DNA of 63,076 nt, filler included, from Rhabdomonas costata (lineage: Eukaryota), in assembly GCA_019059605.1 (NCBI GenBank). It is 43 parts of 43 records of this genome, joined end to end, with 100 filler letters (N's around TTAATTAATTAA, not from the genome) between each part and the next. Parts side by side here need not be neighbours in the genome. Positions count along the whole stretch, not along the records: positions 1 to 1,369 come from JAHMHO010017973.1; positions 1,470 to 2,839 come from JAHMHO010017974.1; positions 2,940 to 4,309 come from JAHMHO010017975.1; positions 4,410 to 5,779 come from JAHMHO010017976.1; positions 5,880 to 7,249 come from JAHMHO010017977.1; positions 7,350 to 8,719 come from JAHMHO010017978.1; positions 8,820 to 10,193 come from JAHMHO010017979.1; positions 10,294 to 11,663 come from JAHMHO010017980.1; 35 more parts are not named here. The stretch is one strand, 5' to 3'. Made by a program: the position numbers and the translations under genes. Positions 1 through 11,663 of this stretch are shown piece after piece. How positions within the stretch are numbered: position 1 is the stretch's first letter; each line of letters begins with the position of its first letter. Under the pieces are notes generated by a model. It had not been told where the DNA came from and did no database searches. It worked only from the letters and a program-made list of their open reading frames with translations.

Positions 1-4
1 GTGT

Positions 5-117
5 GTGGTTCCTCTGGACCATCCCATGCCACTAAAATGTGTATCCTCGGTGTTCAGCGCAGCGCTGAACACCGAGGACACACATTTTAGTGGCATGGGA
101 TGGTCCAGAGGAACCAC
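5..117. repeat. Terminal fold-back palindrome (probable amplification chimera)
   Basis: 5-60 is the reverse complement of 62-117 with one mismatch. It sits at the contig start behind a G/T-only lead. Confidence 0.9.
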
Positions 118-566
118 TACATCGATATGAACAGACAATTGCTTGTTACAATGGTGAAAGGGAAATACCATAGTGAAAGAGAGAGAAAACAGTGTGGGAT
201 GAGCTATTCTTGCGATATAGGGACCGCGGGCTTCCCTCTTTAAACGCTGTGAGTGTTGCTGGAGGGGAGAGTGGGCTATATTGGACTCATGCATTTCTTT
301 CTGAGCCAGGAAATGGTTTTCGCGCTTGTGTTGAGTATATCAGGGACGGCACGAGAGCTTCGTGGTGGCTCACCAAAGCCAGAACAGAACGAGAAAACGT
401 TTGCACCGTCTCCTGAAGGGATCTGCTGAGAGATGCGACTTGCAAGAACGGAAATGGGAACTCGGAAGAGAATGGGCACTGGGAATGGACGACGGCAACA
501 TATTAAGCATTCCAAAGCGAAACGCTTTTTTGTGGAATCAACGTAGTGAACAAACAGGAGACCGAC

Positions 567-867
567 CATTGAAGACCACGCCATAGGCGTAGAGCTGAGC
601 GTTCTTGCCGTAGAACCCCGGCCCTGAAGTGTCCTTTTTGTAGAGGTACTCTGACCAAATGTTCGCGAACGAAGACGCTGCGGCCATCGTCGCTACCAGA
701 AGGAACCCCAGCAGGACGGTTGGGGAGGAAAACAGGGCCTGTGCCACCTCCGTGGCGGCGCCCGAGGGTGCCGTGGCAAACCCGTCAAGGCCACCACCAG
801 AAGCGGCAGCGGTAGAAGAAGACAAAGAGGACCCCGCCGAGCAGCCCGCGTGCGGACCAACAGGAAG
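567..867 (-). CDS. Nucleotide-sugar transporter (SLC35A / CMP-sialic acid/UDP-Gal type), internal exon
   Basis: Translation contains GFLLVATMAAASSFANIWSEYLYKK...KNAQLYAYGVVFN, matching the SLC35A 'SxFAxVYxExxLK...NxQLY' region. Flanked by an AG acceptor and a GTCGGT donor. Confidence 0.8.
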
Positions 868-1369
868 CTTCGTGAAAGGAAGAATGAAAGGGTGCTTGTT
901 TTCCGTGAGACTCGAGCTTTGACAACAAAAGAACTAAGAGGGCAAAACACCTTATTTTCATCTGAGTTTGATCCGTATGCTCAGAACAGCGTATCCGCCA
1001 AACCAACAAACCCACACCCAAACTCTTTTTAGAGTGGTGGTTACTCTCGACTGTCCGGTCAACCCACGCGGGTGAGGGAACAAGACCGGGACGTTGTCAG
1101 GCAAAGCAAACCTAAACACGACAACAGCAGCAAAGTGTGTCATCAATAGTTGATTTCTGTCCCCAGTCCGCGCACAAAATTTTACACACGGCACCCTTTT
1201 CTTGTCCTTGTGGGAAAGGGCAAGAATAACGGGCGGCAAATGGGCAATGCTCTGGAACGCTGTCCCACCCAGAGGTCTGATGTGTCACAATCCAGAAGTC
1301 AAAAACTAATTCTTGGATGGGGTTGCCACTGACCATCTTGATCAATCTTGTAAGCAAGGACACAAAAAA

Positions 1370-1469
1370 NNNNNNNNNNNNNNNNNNNNNNNNNNNNNNN
1401 NNNNNNNNNNNNNTTAATTAATTAANNNNNNNNNNNNNNNNNNNNNNNNNNNNNNNNNNNNNNNNNNNN
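1370..1469. other. Artificial contig-joining spacer (first of 42)
   Basis: 44 N + TTAATTAATTAA (stops in all six frames) + 44 N. It recurs about every 1470 nt up to about 61612-61711, and the intervening contigs are all about 1370 nt, consistent with size-sorted concatenation. Confidence 0.99.
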
Positions 1470-3241
1470 TTGTTGTGGTTCATCAGAATTTCTGGCGATC
1501 GGTCGTACGTCAGCCCCACTGACCGGCGACTCGTTAACAGCGGTGTTGTAGACACTCGGCCTCACTCAGAGACTACCACGACACCACACCTGGCATCCGT
1601 TGTACTTTCCGGCTCGCCCGTCGGTGGAGTTTGTTGTTCCCGGTCACTGCAATAGAGTTCCATGCGTTCACGCTTGGCATTTTACGCTATTAGCTATGGG
1701 GGGAGGGGAGTCGTTGGGCCCTCGGGGCACAGTTCGGTACGAAGGCTAGAGCCCTTGTTAGCGTTGCTGTCGATTTCGGTCTCCCTCAAGTTGGCAGCTG
1801 TACAGTGACTGCAGATCATTGCTGGACCTTCAGTGAAAATCGCAATGCACTGTTCCTCCTTGTGCGCTGTAGCTTGAGCACGCTTTTTTCACTTCACTCT
1901 TTACTTCAATTTTTTTTAATACCCCGCACCTGTCGCTCCATAAGAACACTGACTAACTTTAACTAACTATCTTTAGGTATGTCCTACACTTCCTGCTTCA
2001 CGACGTGTCATCTTTCTTTGATGTCTTCTGTTGCCCCATTTTCTGCTCACTTTCTTCAGTTGTGTTCTTTCTTGTAAGATTATCCACCCCCGTCCCTCTT
2101 TCCTGCCCCCGTTTCCCGAGGATTCTCACCTAAGCGCCTTTCGCGAACTGTTTAGGCTTCCTTGTGGTTACGTCGGTGTGGTATGCAGTATGTCTGGGGA
2201 GAACCGCCCCAGCTCCGTGTCGCCGAAGCTCCGAATGGTTGAGCACCTGCGAAGGCAGACCAAGCTTTCGGTGTGCTTGCCTTTGCTCAGAATCAGGTCA
2301 GCGTGGTCGTCTTTGGTTTGGAGGGGAGGGGCTCTTTTCGTGCCTGTTTGGGGTTCCCGCTGTGGTGTCCAAGTTGCGAAGCGGGCGGGCTCTCAGGAAC
2401 ATATTCGTATTCCAGGATACAGCCAGCCACGGCCATGCTTGCTGTGGGATGCGGGATCAAGGTCAGTAGAGAAAACCATGGTGCTTTTAGATCAGCTTAC
2501 AGTTCCTTTTCTCACTGGGCTCAGTAAGTTTAGCATGTCAGATGGAAGCTGGGTCCAGAGGAATTTGAGAAACCCCCGTTCGGCAACAGATAGCAGCAAA
2601 AGAACGAAGGGTTTCAATTCAATCAATCAACCCGAAAGTTGCGCTCAGATGTGTGCCTAGCAGCTCTGACCCAAGGTTGGGATTTCCGCACCCACGCACA
2701 CACCGCACGGGTTTTGCACGAGGCGCTGTACCCCCTCTTTGAAAGGGGGGACGGTTGGACGTGGCACTCTTGTGGGCGATAGTGTTAACGGGTGTAGCGC
2801 AGGCGTTCGGGTGTTGATGTCCTTGTGTGGCGGACCACCNNNNNNNNNNNNNNNNNNNNNNNNNNNNNNNNNNNNNNNNNNNNTTAATTAATTAANNNNN
2901 NNNNNNNNNNNNNNNNNNNNNNNNNNNNNNNNNNNNNNNGGTTTGTTGGAGAATGTGCCTGCACACCAAGGCGGGCAGGCACATTCTCCAACAGATCAAT
3001 AAAGCAACATAGGGTAAGGGTTGATGCGAATGACCTCCTGCTTCTGTTAGATATATATTGTTCCAGAAAACACGTCCACCCAAGGTGCCTGAACTGTCAA
3101 GTTGTTGTGGTCTGGTTATTGGCTGTGGCACGCATCCACGCACGACGACAATGGCGCAATCGGCTGCCCACCCGCATGGCACTTCATTCAGAAGAATCGC
3201 TTAAACGCGCAAGCCTCTGCACACTGTTCGTTTTTCTGCAG

Positions 3242-4190
3242 CGTCAAGGTTTGCGAGAACAAGTGCGATGCCCACGGCACGCGCTGTGGCAAAGGCTGCG
3301 GCGAGCTCTGTGTGCCTTGCAGGGAACGGTGCACTTGGAGCTGCCCCCATCACAAGTGCACGAAGCTATGCTTCGAGCCCTGCACGCGCCCGCCGTGCAA
3401 CCGCCCATGCACAAAGAAACTTCGGAAGTGCGGGCACCCTTGCCCTGGGCTCTGCGGGGAGCCCTGCCCCGTCGGGTTGTGCGCCTTGTGTGACCCCAAA
3501 CCCGTGCCAGAGCTGTTTCTGGGCAACGAGGACGAGCCTGACGCGAGGTTTATTCAGCTGCCCTGTGGCCATGTCTTCGAGGTGAGAGACTTAGACCTCT
3601 TCATGGGACTAACGTCTACCTCTGCCGAAGTTCAGACTGCTGCATCTGAGGAAGCAGCAAAAGACATTACTACCTCCACCACTGCCATCACCAGTATCGC
3701 TTCGAGCTCGGAGGCAGTGCCGGCACCGCCAGCATCGGTCTCTTCGACTTCACCGACACCAATACCCACAGTGGCACCCAACCCCCCTGAATCTGCCATT
3801 GCCCAGTCGCACCCTGTTGTGGCACCAGCTAACGTTTCTGAGGCTTCACCGGCAACGTCTGCCACCCCGGTCTTAGATCCTGCACCGGAAGCCCCTGAGG
3901 CTGTCTCCGGCCCACCTGCCCGGGTGCAGCTCAAGAGATGCCCCAAGTGCAGTACCCCGATTCGTTCCTGCCCGCGCTACAATGCACTGATCAAGCAGGC
4001 CCTGCTGGACCTCGAAGAGGTGAAGAGACGTGTACTGGAGCGCCACCAGGTTTTAGTAGCTGCTGTCGAGCAGCTTGAGGGGGAAGTTCGTTCAGAGCTA
4101 CGCCGCGTTGCAGGGGGCAATTTTACGGCTAAGCTTGCCGAGGCGAAGCGGCAACCGATGAGCAAGCTCTCTCATTTGAAGACTTTCGTG
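3242..4190 (+). CDS. ZNFX1: NFX1-type zinc finger-containing protein 1 homolog, C-terminal Cys-rich exon
   Basis: CGELCVPCRERCTWSCPHHKCTKLCFEPCTRPPCNRPCTKKLRKCGHPCPGLCGEPCP...EDEPDARFIQLPCGHVFEVRDLD...LKRCPKCSTPIRSCPRYNALIK follows the ZNFX1 motif order. Acceptor ttttctgcag, putative donor GTATTT. Confidence 0.85.
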
Positions 4191-7100
4191 GTATTTTGTA
4201 ATACGTGTTTGCTCTGGATTGGGTGCGGTGAGTGGCGCCGGGATCGCAATCCTCCGAAATCCTTCAGTGCCTTTTTTGGAAGGAAGCTATGCGCACTACC
4301 CCAAAAACCNNNNNNNNNNNNNNNNNNNNNNNNNNNNNNNNNNNNNNNNNNNNTTAATTAATTAANNNNNNNNNNNNNNNNNNNNNNNNNNNNNNNNNNN
4401 NNNNNNNNNTTGTTGGTGTCTGTAGCATCTGTGACTCTCGCCCACACGTGATCACATTCGCAATTGTGTTCCAGTTTCCCGCACAGGAAGTGGCAAAAAG
4501 AAATATTCCCGTCTGTAAAAGAAAACAATTGCAGGACAACTTTGCGAAAGTAAAAAGGATTAAACAAAAACTTCCTCCTCCAGCTCCTCCAGTGAAGTGG
4601 GTGCAAGGACTTGGGGTTGGGTTACGTTTAACGACAGAGTACAGCAAGTGAGAAAGGAGAGCCTGGGGTGGCACACACTGCTCGGAAAGGGAGAATGCGG
4701 ACTGGAAGATCTTGCTAAGGGCTGTCTTCAGCATCCCCGTGGCAAACGCCCAGCAGCCCCCGCAGGAGCCCTTTGCCCCACAAGAGCAATCCCATTTCAC
4801 CCCCAACTCCGGCAGATTTTAGCCACGAAACCAAAAATGTCCCCCGCCCCCAGAGAGCTACTCAGAGTGGACCGAAAAGATAGTCGGCATACCGCAGACG
4901 CAGGAGACTCTGGTACTGTGCCCATAAAATTATAGCAGAAGCGGAGTGGCGATCCAGTTGTGCGCTGGGTGAATCGAATTCGCTGTGACCGGACAGTCGA
5001 GTGTGAACCAAACATACTATAAAGGTATTAATGATGGATCAGTGCAACTAATGGAACAATGGATCAGCGTCAATGCTGATCCATTATTTGATTATTTCTA
5101 GTCTCTCAGAGATGAACGAAATATTTTCTTTCATTGGTCTCCTTGACCATTTTATGACGATCCGTTATATTTCTCCTCGAAAATACCCGAAAAGTACAAA
5201 GAATACCTGAAAAGATGATCCCTTATATTGTTGTTATTATTACCTTTAGAGGGCAACGCCGAAGCAGGCCCATAGCAGGCCCGGAGTCTTTTCTATGTAC
5301 AGTGGGCCTCCCGAAACGTTAGTCAAAACCACTGTTCTCCTACGACATGCATATGCATCACCGGTCATATTGGACTTCTGACAAAACAGTTTGATTTTGA
5401 GTTTGAACCCTCCGCTGCGCTTGGGAAAGAAGCGGCACAAGATAAAAAAGGAAGAGCGCACGTGTGGGTACGCAACGGTGGTATGTGGCAACAACTACGA
5501 CCAGACAACACCCTAGGCTTCGTGACTCTGCCATGAGACACGTTTTGAAGGAAAATGAAGGCCGTAAGGCGAATGAGACCGCAAAAAGAATGTGGGAACG
5601 AACCTGAACAGGAGGGGAATGAACGAAGGAGAAGAAAGCGTGCGCAAGATTCGACGGAGGAAGGATGAGGGACAGGAAAGAACTCTGTCCAAAAACCCCA
5701 TCCCCCAGCATCATTCACATCCTCTCCAATCTTTCCATTCTATTTCTTCTAGCTGTTCAAGCCGTCCCTCCCAACACAANNNNNNNNNNNNNNNNNNNNN
5801 NNNNNNNNNNNNNNNNNNNNNNNTTAATTAATTAANNNNNNNNNNNNNNNNNNNNNNNNNNNNNNNNNNNNNNNNNNNNGGAGTCAGCGTAATATTACGA
5901 GCAAAGTGAGCGCAGAGACCGGAGTGATACACACAGCGACATCCTTTTCTTTAGCCCTCTGGTTACAATTTCCATGCATCTATGCGTAGTAATACAAGAA
6001 CATACATCACATCATGACATTAGCGGAGGAATGGCTGTCAAGGTGGCATGACATCATTGGTATAACATCACCCATCTTTTACTTTCACATCTTCACGTAC
6101 CTTAGAAGTAACCGAAGCAAGGTAGTATCTCATCACGGTTTCTGTCATTGCGTCATTCTCTAGTGTTTGCGGTAAATTTCCGCGTGGTTTTGTGTGCGAG
6201 GAAGAGTTACGCATTCCTGTATCTAATTGTGGTATTTTGGGGTTTATTGTGATTGCTGAAGTTGGGCGGACATTTTTTTGCGCCGGTCTTTGGGGTTTTG
6301 TGGTCGGTTCATAATTCCGCAGGTACAAAAGTGAGGCTTGGGTTACGGTGCCTTTTCTGGTGTATGGGATGCGGGTGTTGCGTTTCCAAATTAAGTCGGG
6401 GTTATCGGTGCGGACAAAAGCGCTTGTGGTGTTGAGCGTGGGCTCTACTGTCCTGGGAGCGGTTGTGTTTCGGGAGTTCTTGGCATTATTGTTGGTATGG
6501 GCATTCGGATATGGGGTTGGCCTTCATTTCACATGTTTGAGTTTTTGGAAGAGTTGGCAGCTTGGTCCTAGTGATGTGTGTTAATCATGCCTATAGTGGC
6601 ATCTTGTAAATGCAAAGGTGTCGGGTTAAGGGTTCTGTCCCTTCTGTTGGTCGTTGGGTCTTGTCCGTTCTGATGGTCGCTGGGTCTGGGGTGTCTGTCG
6701 TACGGTTCTGGGTGCATGGTTGGTTGGCGGAGTTGGGGGTCTGGTTCTGATGTTGCGTGGTAAATGGAACTGTGGTGCCTTGGTTTGTGAAGAGTTTTGA
6801 CGGTAAAAGCAATGGTGTGGGTCTTGGGACGGGGAATTCAACGTATAAAATTAAAAGGGAAACGGATTTTGAACAACGCCGGCTAAAACGAAAGCCGATT
6901 TGCGTGGCGGCAACTTTCCACGGTCCTTATTCTCTTCATCAGCGCATGCAATTGCTTGACGGTGAACGAAGTCTAATTGCTGCAATGCCGTTTCTGAATT
7001 TCACCTTCGACAGTGTGCGGCAGAGCCCCTCAGAGGCAAACCAGTGGCAGTGCCAGCGAAGCGAGAAAAACGCAAGATTCTACCGAACCACACTCATATG

Positions 7101-7731
7101 CTTACAGACTACTAGTCGCACAGCAGCTCTGCGTCTGCTGCTAAGTCCGTCAGTGAAGTCTGCACATTCTCTGATGAGAGGCTGGGCGAAGGCTGTGAGG
7201 GCGATACGGTTGGAAGAATGAGGATAAGCCCCAGCCCACCCACCACCCCNNNNNNNNNNNNNNNNNNNNNNNNNNNNNNNNNNNNNNNNNNNNTTAATTA
7301 ATTAANNNNNNNNNNNNNNNNNNNNNNNNNNNNNNNNNNNNNNNNNNNNGTGTTGGGTGTGTGTGGGTTTGGGGTTAGAGTCAGTTGGGGTTGGGGTTGA
7401 TTGTTGAGATTTGGGGTAAATTTCGTGTTGGGAATAGCAGTCAGTCCAGAGTAGGGTTAAAATTGGGACTAGGTTGGGTTTTGAGTTCTAGCTAGGACAC
7501 GCAAGTATCTCAGTTGACCACTGATTTACCTTCACTCCTTCACCACGGTTCTAGCCTTAAGATAAAACACAGCAACCGACCACAACAATTGAAAAAGAAA
7601 GGAGATCTCTTTGAACGGGCTGAAATGGCCGATTCGATTGCGGCGAACAACACTGTGAGGCATTTCATTGTTGTTCCCCCAGCTTAGGGACCTCCAAGGC
7701 AAACCCTGGTGTGATATTTTTACAAGGGAAC

Positions 7732-8605
7732 CTGCAGCAGAGCTTGCACCACGGGTTGCCAGCCCAGGTCTTCAGAGCTGACGTAGATGATCCCGGCACG
7801 TGAGACCGTGGCTGGGGAGGCGTTGGCGAGGTTCTCAACCTCGAAGCACATCTTCAGGGTGGGGCTCATCTGGATCCGGTCCCCGTTGGCCAGGGTGAGC
7901 AGTTTGTTGTCATCCAGCACGGTGTTCAGGTTCTCAATCCTACCAGCAGCAACCCCCATTGGATGGCGAAAGTGAAATCCCTCATATAACCTACGGCTGA
8001 CGAACGGCTTCACCGATGAACCGAAACCGAGCAGAAGGCAGGATGCAGAGTGTACGTGAGGGTGAAAGGAGTGAACTCTGAGCTGAGCAGTTAAATGACC
8101 TCATGCCTTACTGGAGTGATTGACGGAGTGGTTGGGTCTATCTGATGCAGAGTAAGGGAGGGAATGAAGTGCCCGTCTCTATGCGGCACCACAAATGCAC
8201 AAAACAACACTCAGCCTTTCGCCCAAATAGCCGACGGCGAGGCCGTCACATAAACCAACAATCACGCACAGTGCATGTACAAACCTCCAAAACAAGCAAT
8301 AATGTACCAGCAATGCAGTCCCTCTCTTCCTAATTGGGAGTCTAAAAGACCGAGAGATAACCACGTCGCAGGTGAGAGAACCAGATTGCATCCACTGGGC
8401 CGTCGCAGATGATCCAAATGGAGCGGGCCTTGTCCTTGTTTGCTCGGCGCCACAGGAAGCTGAAGATTCCGTCGTGCCAGTCGTTGCTGGCGTCCAGCCG
8501 CCCGAACATCTGAGGCGCGGTGATGGCCTTGGGGTTCATGCGGTAGTCCTTGTGCGGGCGCTCCACCTCACTCAGGCTGCTTAGCATCACATTGTAGATC
8601 GCAGA
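7732..8605 (-). CDS. Axonemal dynein heavy chain, AAA2 region (outer-arm gamma/DNAH5-8-like); exons 8605-8382 and 7939-7732
   Basis: [16 protein letters not shown]...WHDGIFS...[12 protein letters not shown] spliced to [22 protein letters not shown]...[15 protein letters not shown] intron at 8381-7940 restores the W codon. Confidence 0.95.
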
Positions 8606-9010
8606 CTGAAGCACAGAATCAAAAACCAGTCCATGAATGTACAAAAAAGGCACGCACACCCGCACGAACTGAGCATGACATCAACCACATCACAGATGCC
8701 ACCTGCAACTTGCCAAACANNNNNNNNNNNNNNNNNNNNNNNNNNNNNNNNNNNNNNNNNNNNTTAATTAATTAANNNNNNNNNNNNNNNNNNNNNNNNN
8801 NNNNNNNNNNNNNNNNNNNCCTTGTACCGTCCATTCATTGCTGCCACCCTTTTGGTGGTGCGCCAGGTTGCGTGACTTAGGGTTGACTGCGGTGCCTTCG
8901 CGGGTGCGGAGTGTTTTGCCACAGTGTGAACAGGCACAGTCACAATGAACTCGTTGCGGATGGGTGCATATGAGCACTCTTGACCAACGGGCTTGGGTTT
9001 TTTTTTGCAG

Positions 9011-9580
9011 GTTGCTGCGTCCTCAGCTGAGTTGCCGCCCTTTCAGAAAGAACCTGATGCCCCACCGCATTCGTCAGCAGCGGCGATACCCAGCGCTCCA
9101 TTTCCTCAAGGGTCAGCGTGGCCTTTGCTTGTGTTCACTGGAGGTTCGGAATTGTCGCCACATTCTTCACGGGATCCCAGACGCTCCGCTTTGTTGCAGG
9201 ACAAATTCAACTCGGCGGCCCAAATGGAAAAGCACGGAAGTTCTAGTACTCGGCAGAATAGCATCCGGTCTTGCAGCAAGGGCAAAGACATTGAAAAGAA
9301 AAGTCAGCTAACTCGGAGGGGAAGTATTTATGGTCATGGCCGCAGCCGCAGTCGCAGCCGCAAAAAGAGTCGAAGCCGTGACCGAGATCGCGAACGCTGC
9401 CAAAACCACAGAAGCCGAGACCCTTCATTCCGTGGGCATCACGAAAGCAGCGAGCGCAGTGCAAGCAGGGACCGGGTCGGGAGACCCTCAAGAACAGACA
9501 GCGGACCTTTGAACGATTGCAGATCTGTGAGACAGGCCCCTGTGCCTTGGGTTTATCACTTCGGAACGAGGGGCCATTAG
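9011..9580 (+). CDS. Putative exon of an RS-rich low-complexity protein
   Basis: Open frame after a ttttttgcag acceptor, containing RSRSRSRKKSRSRDRDRER. No domain recognised. Confidence 0.35.
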   Translation, partial: VAASSAELPPFQKEPDAPPHSSAAAIPSAPFPQGSAWPLLVFTGGSELSPHSSRDPRRSALLQDKFNSAAQMEKHGSSSTRQNSIRSCSKGKDIEKKSQLTRRGSIYGHGRSRSRSRKKSRSRDRDRERCQNHRSRDPSFRGHHESSERSASRDRVGRPSRTDSGPLNDCRSVRQAPVPWVYHFGTRGH

Positions 9581-10073
9581 GTTTTTGCTGGGGGATAGAC
9601 GAATAGGGGGATATGCCCTTTTAAAACTTCGTGCACAATTTATGGTCCTGAACTCAGTCAAAAGAAGGCTGTCTGTTTTCCTTTTGTCGTGTGATGCTTC
9701 GCGATCATTGGCCTCACCCTGCGCTTATCCTATCACTTACACCACAATGTGTTTGTACAATGTTCATCTTGTCTGGGCAGTAATGTTGGCGTCCTTGCTC
9801 CGTCCAGTTTTGGTGGGGATCTTTGTGCACCAGCATCACGAGCCTTGATAATGCCATAATAGTACAGGTAAGGTGCCTTGTGCCATCTCTTCGTTTCGGT
9901 TTGCCGCGATTTGTGCTCGTCGTGAAATAAACTGCGGAAAAGGTGGAAACGCCGTTTTTTGTGCGATAACTCCCTGGTTCTTTGTGCCGCTTGTTTAGGG
10001 TAACCCCCACCCCGCAAGCCAGCCACACACACACAGAGCGGTTTGGCGCAGTGTGTTGTGGCGTGTCCCTGTG

Positions 10074-10076
<3 letters not shown>

Positions 10077-10114
<38 letters not shown>

Positions 10115-10194
10115 AGACTGGTGTCTGGGGAATGCGAGAAGTCACAAAGGCGGGGCGAGCAAACCAACCAACCAACCAACCAACCAACCAACCN
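10077..10194. repeat. Microsatellites (CA)n at 10077-10112 and (ACCA)n at 10162-10194
   Basis: Directly visible tandem repeats. Confidence 0.95.
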
Positions 10195-10295
10195 NNNNNN
10201 NNNNNNNNNNNNNNNNNNNNNNNNNNNNNNNNNNNNNTTAATTAATTAANNNNNNNNNNNNNNNNNNNNNNNNNNNNNNNNNNNNNNNNNNNNTG

Positions 10296-11663
10296 TTGGT
10301 GGTATTTACTTTTAATTCAAATCTTACAACATTAAATTTACAGATTATCAATTATGAAAAAATAGAAGTAGATGCAAATCAATTTGTTTCTTTAGAAATG
10401 TCACATACGTTACCAAAATTAGAGTTACAACAGGTTGATTGTGATATTGACAATGATAAAAATATTGAATTAAATTTTTTAAATTATACCAATTTAAAAT
10501 CTTTATGTTTAAAAAATTTAATAATTATGTATCACTTACTCTTCCATCATCTCTTACTAATTTTGTAGTAGATTCATTACCTAACTCTTTTTATATTGTT
10601 AATTTTTCTGAATTAAATAATTTACAACAATTTTCTGTATTACATACACCATTTTATGAGATATTATTTCCTTCAACTTTACAATCTCTTTCATTTAATT
10701 CTTATGATATTAGTAAAATAAATTTGTCAGAATGTTCACAGTTACAAACACTTGATATTGTTTGTAATACTGATCTTTCAAATAAAATTAATTTTCCATT
10801 AACATATTCTAATTTATCATTTATTCAATATGTAACAACAAAAAAAATTTATGTTTATAATAATGATAAACAAACTATTGATAAACAAACTATTGATAAT
10901 GTTGTTTTCTTAAAAGCATGTAAAAAAATGATATTAAAAAAAATATCAGAAACTGGTAATACAAATATTATATCATCAGAAACTGATGATATAGATATTA
11001 CAATTGATAATAATAATATTATTCAAGATTTAAATATCCAATTACTTACATTTGATTTCAATAGCATTCTATATTTATCACAATTAGAAAAATTATATAT
11101 ACAAACACCAACTACTTTCACAATACAATTATCAAATATATCAACATTTACAAATTTATCAGAATTAGCTTTAATTGGTAACTTTATAATTGAAAAATCA
11201 ATTACTTTACCGTCTACATTAACAAAATTTGAATTTGTTCCTGTATCTTATTCTGGAACAATAACAACACAAAATCAGGATCAAAATGAATTAGTTTTAC
11301 CAACCAGTTTAATACATTTATCATTGTCATTAAATGAATATAAATATTCATTAGATCTTTCAAAATTAACTAAATTATATTCACTTTCATTACAACTTAA
11401 TAATTTTAATGATCATATAATATTACCAAAAGAATTAGTTAAACTGTCCGCATCTATTCATGGAGATTATGGACTAACTTTTCTTACTTCTTCTAATTTA
11501 TGTACTTTTGCTCTTACAAGTAGTACGATAGACACATCAATACGTCAAAATTCATATCTTCCTGATTTTACATCAGATAATTTTCCATATTTAGTTGATT
11601 TTTCATTAAATGAAACAAATACATCTAAAACAGTCACTGTTTTACCGTCAACATTACACACAA
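10296..11663 (+). CDS. AT-rich LRR/FNIP-like repeat protein (partial, one frameshift near 10511-10516)
   Basis: Intronless frame with recurring LPSSLTNF, FPSTLQSLSF, LPSTLTKFEF, LPTSLIHLSL and LPKELVKLS units. The two ORFs join if one A is added to the A6 run. Composition differs sharply from the other contigs. Confidence 0.7.

Noticed and set aside
2031..2660. 209-aa ORF
   Set aside because: No recognisable motif, no clear codon bias and a TTG start. It is likely a chance ORF.
8820..8977. CSHCGKTLR as a C2H2 zinc finger
   Set aside because: The His ligands are not at the expected spacing, and it is a short ORF at a contig edge.
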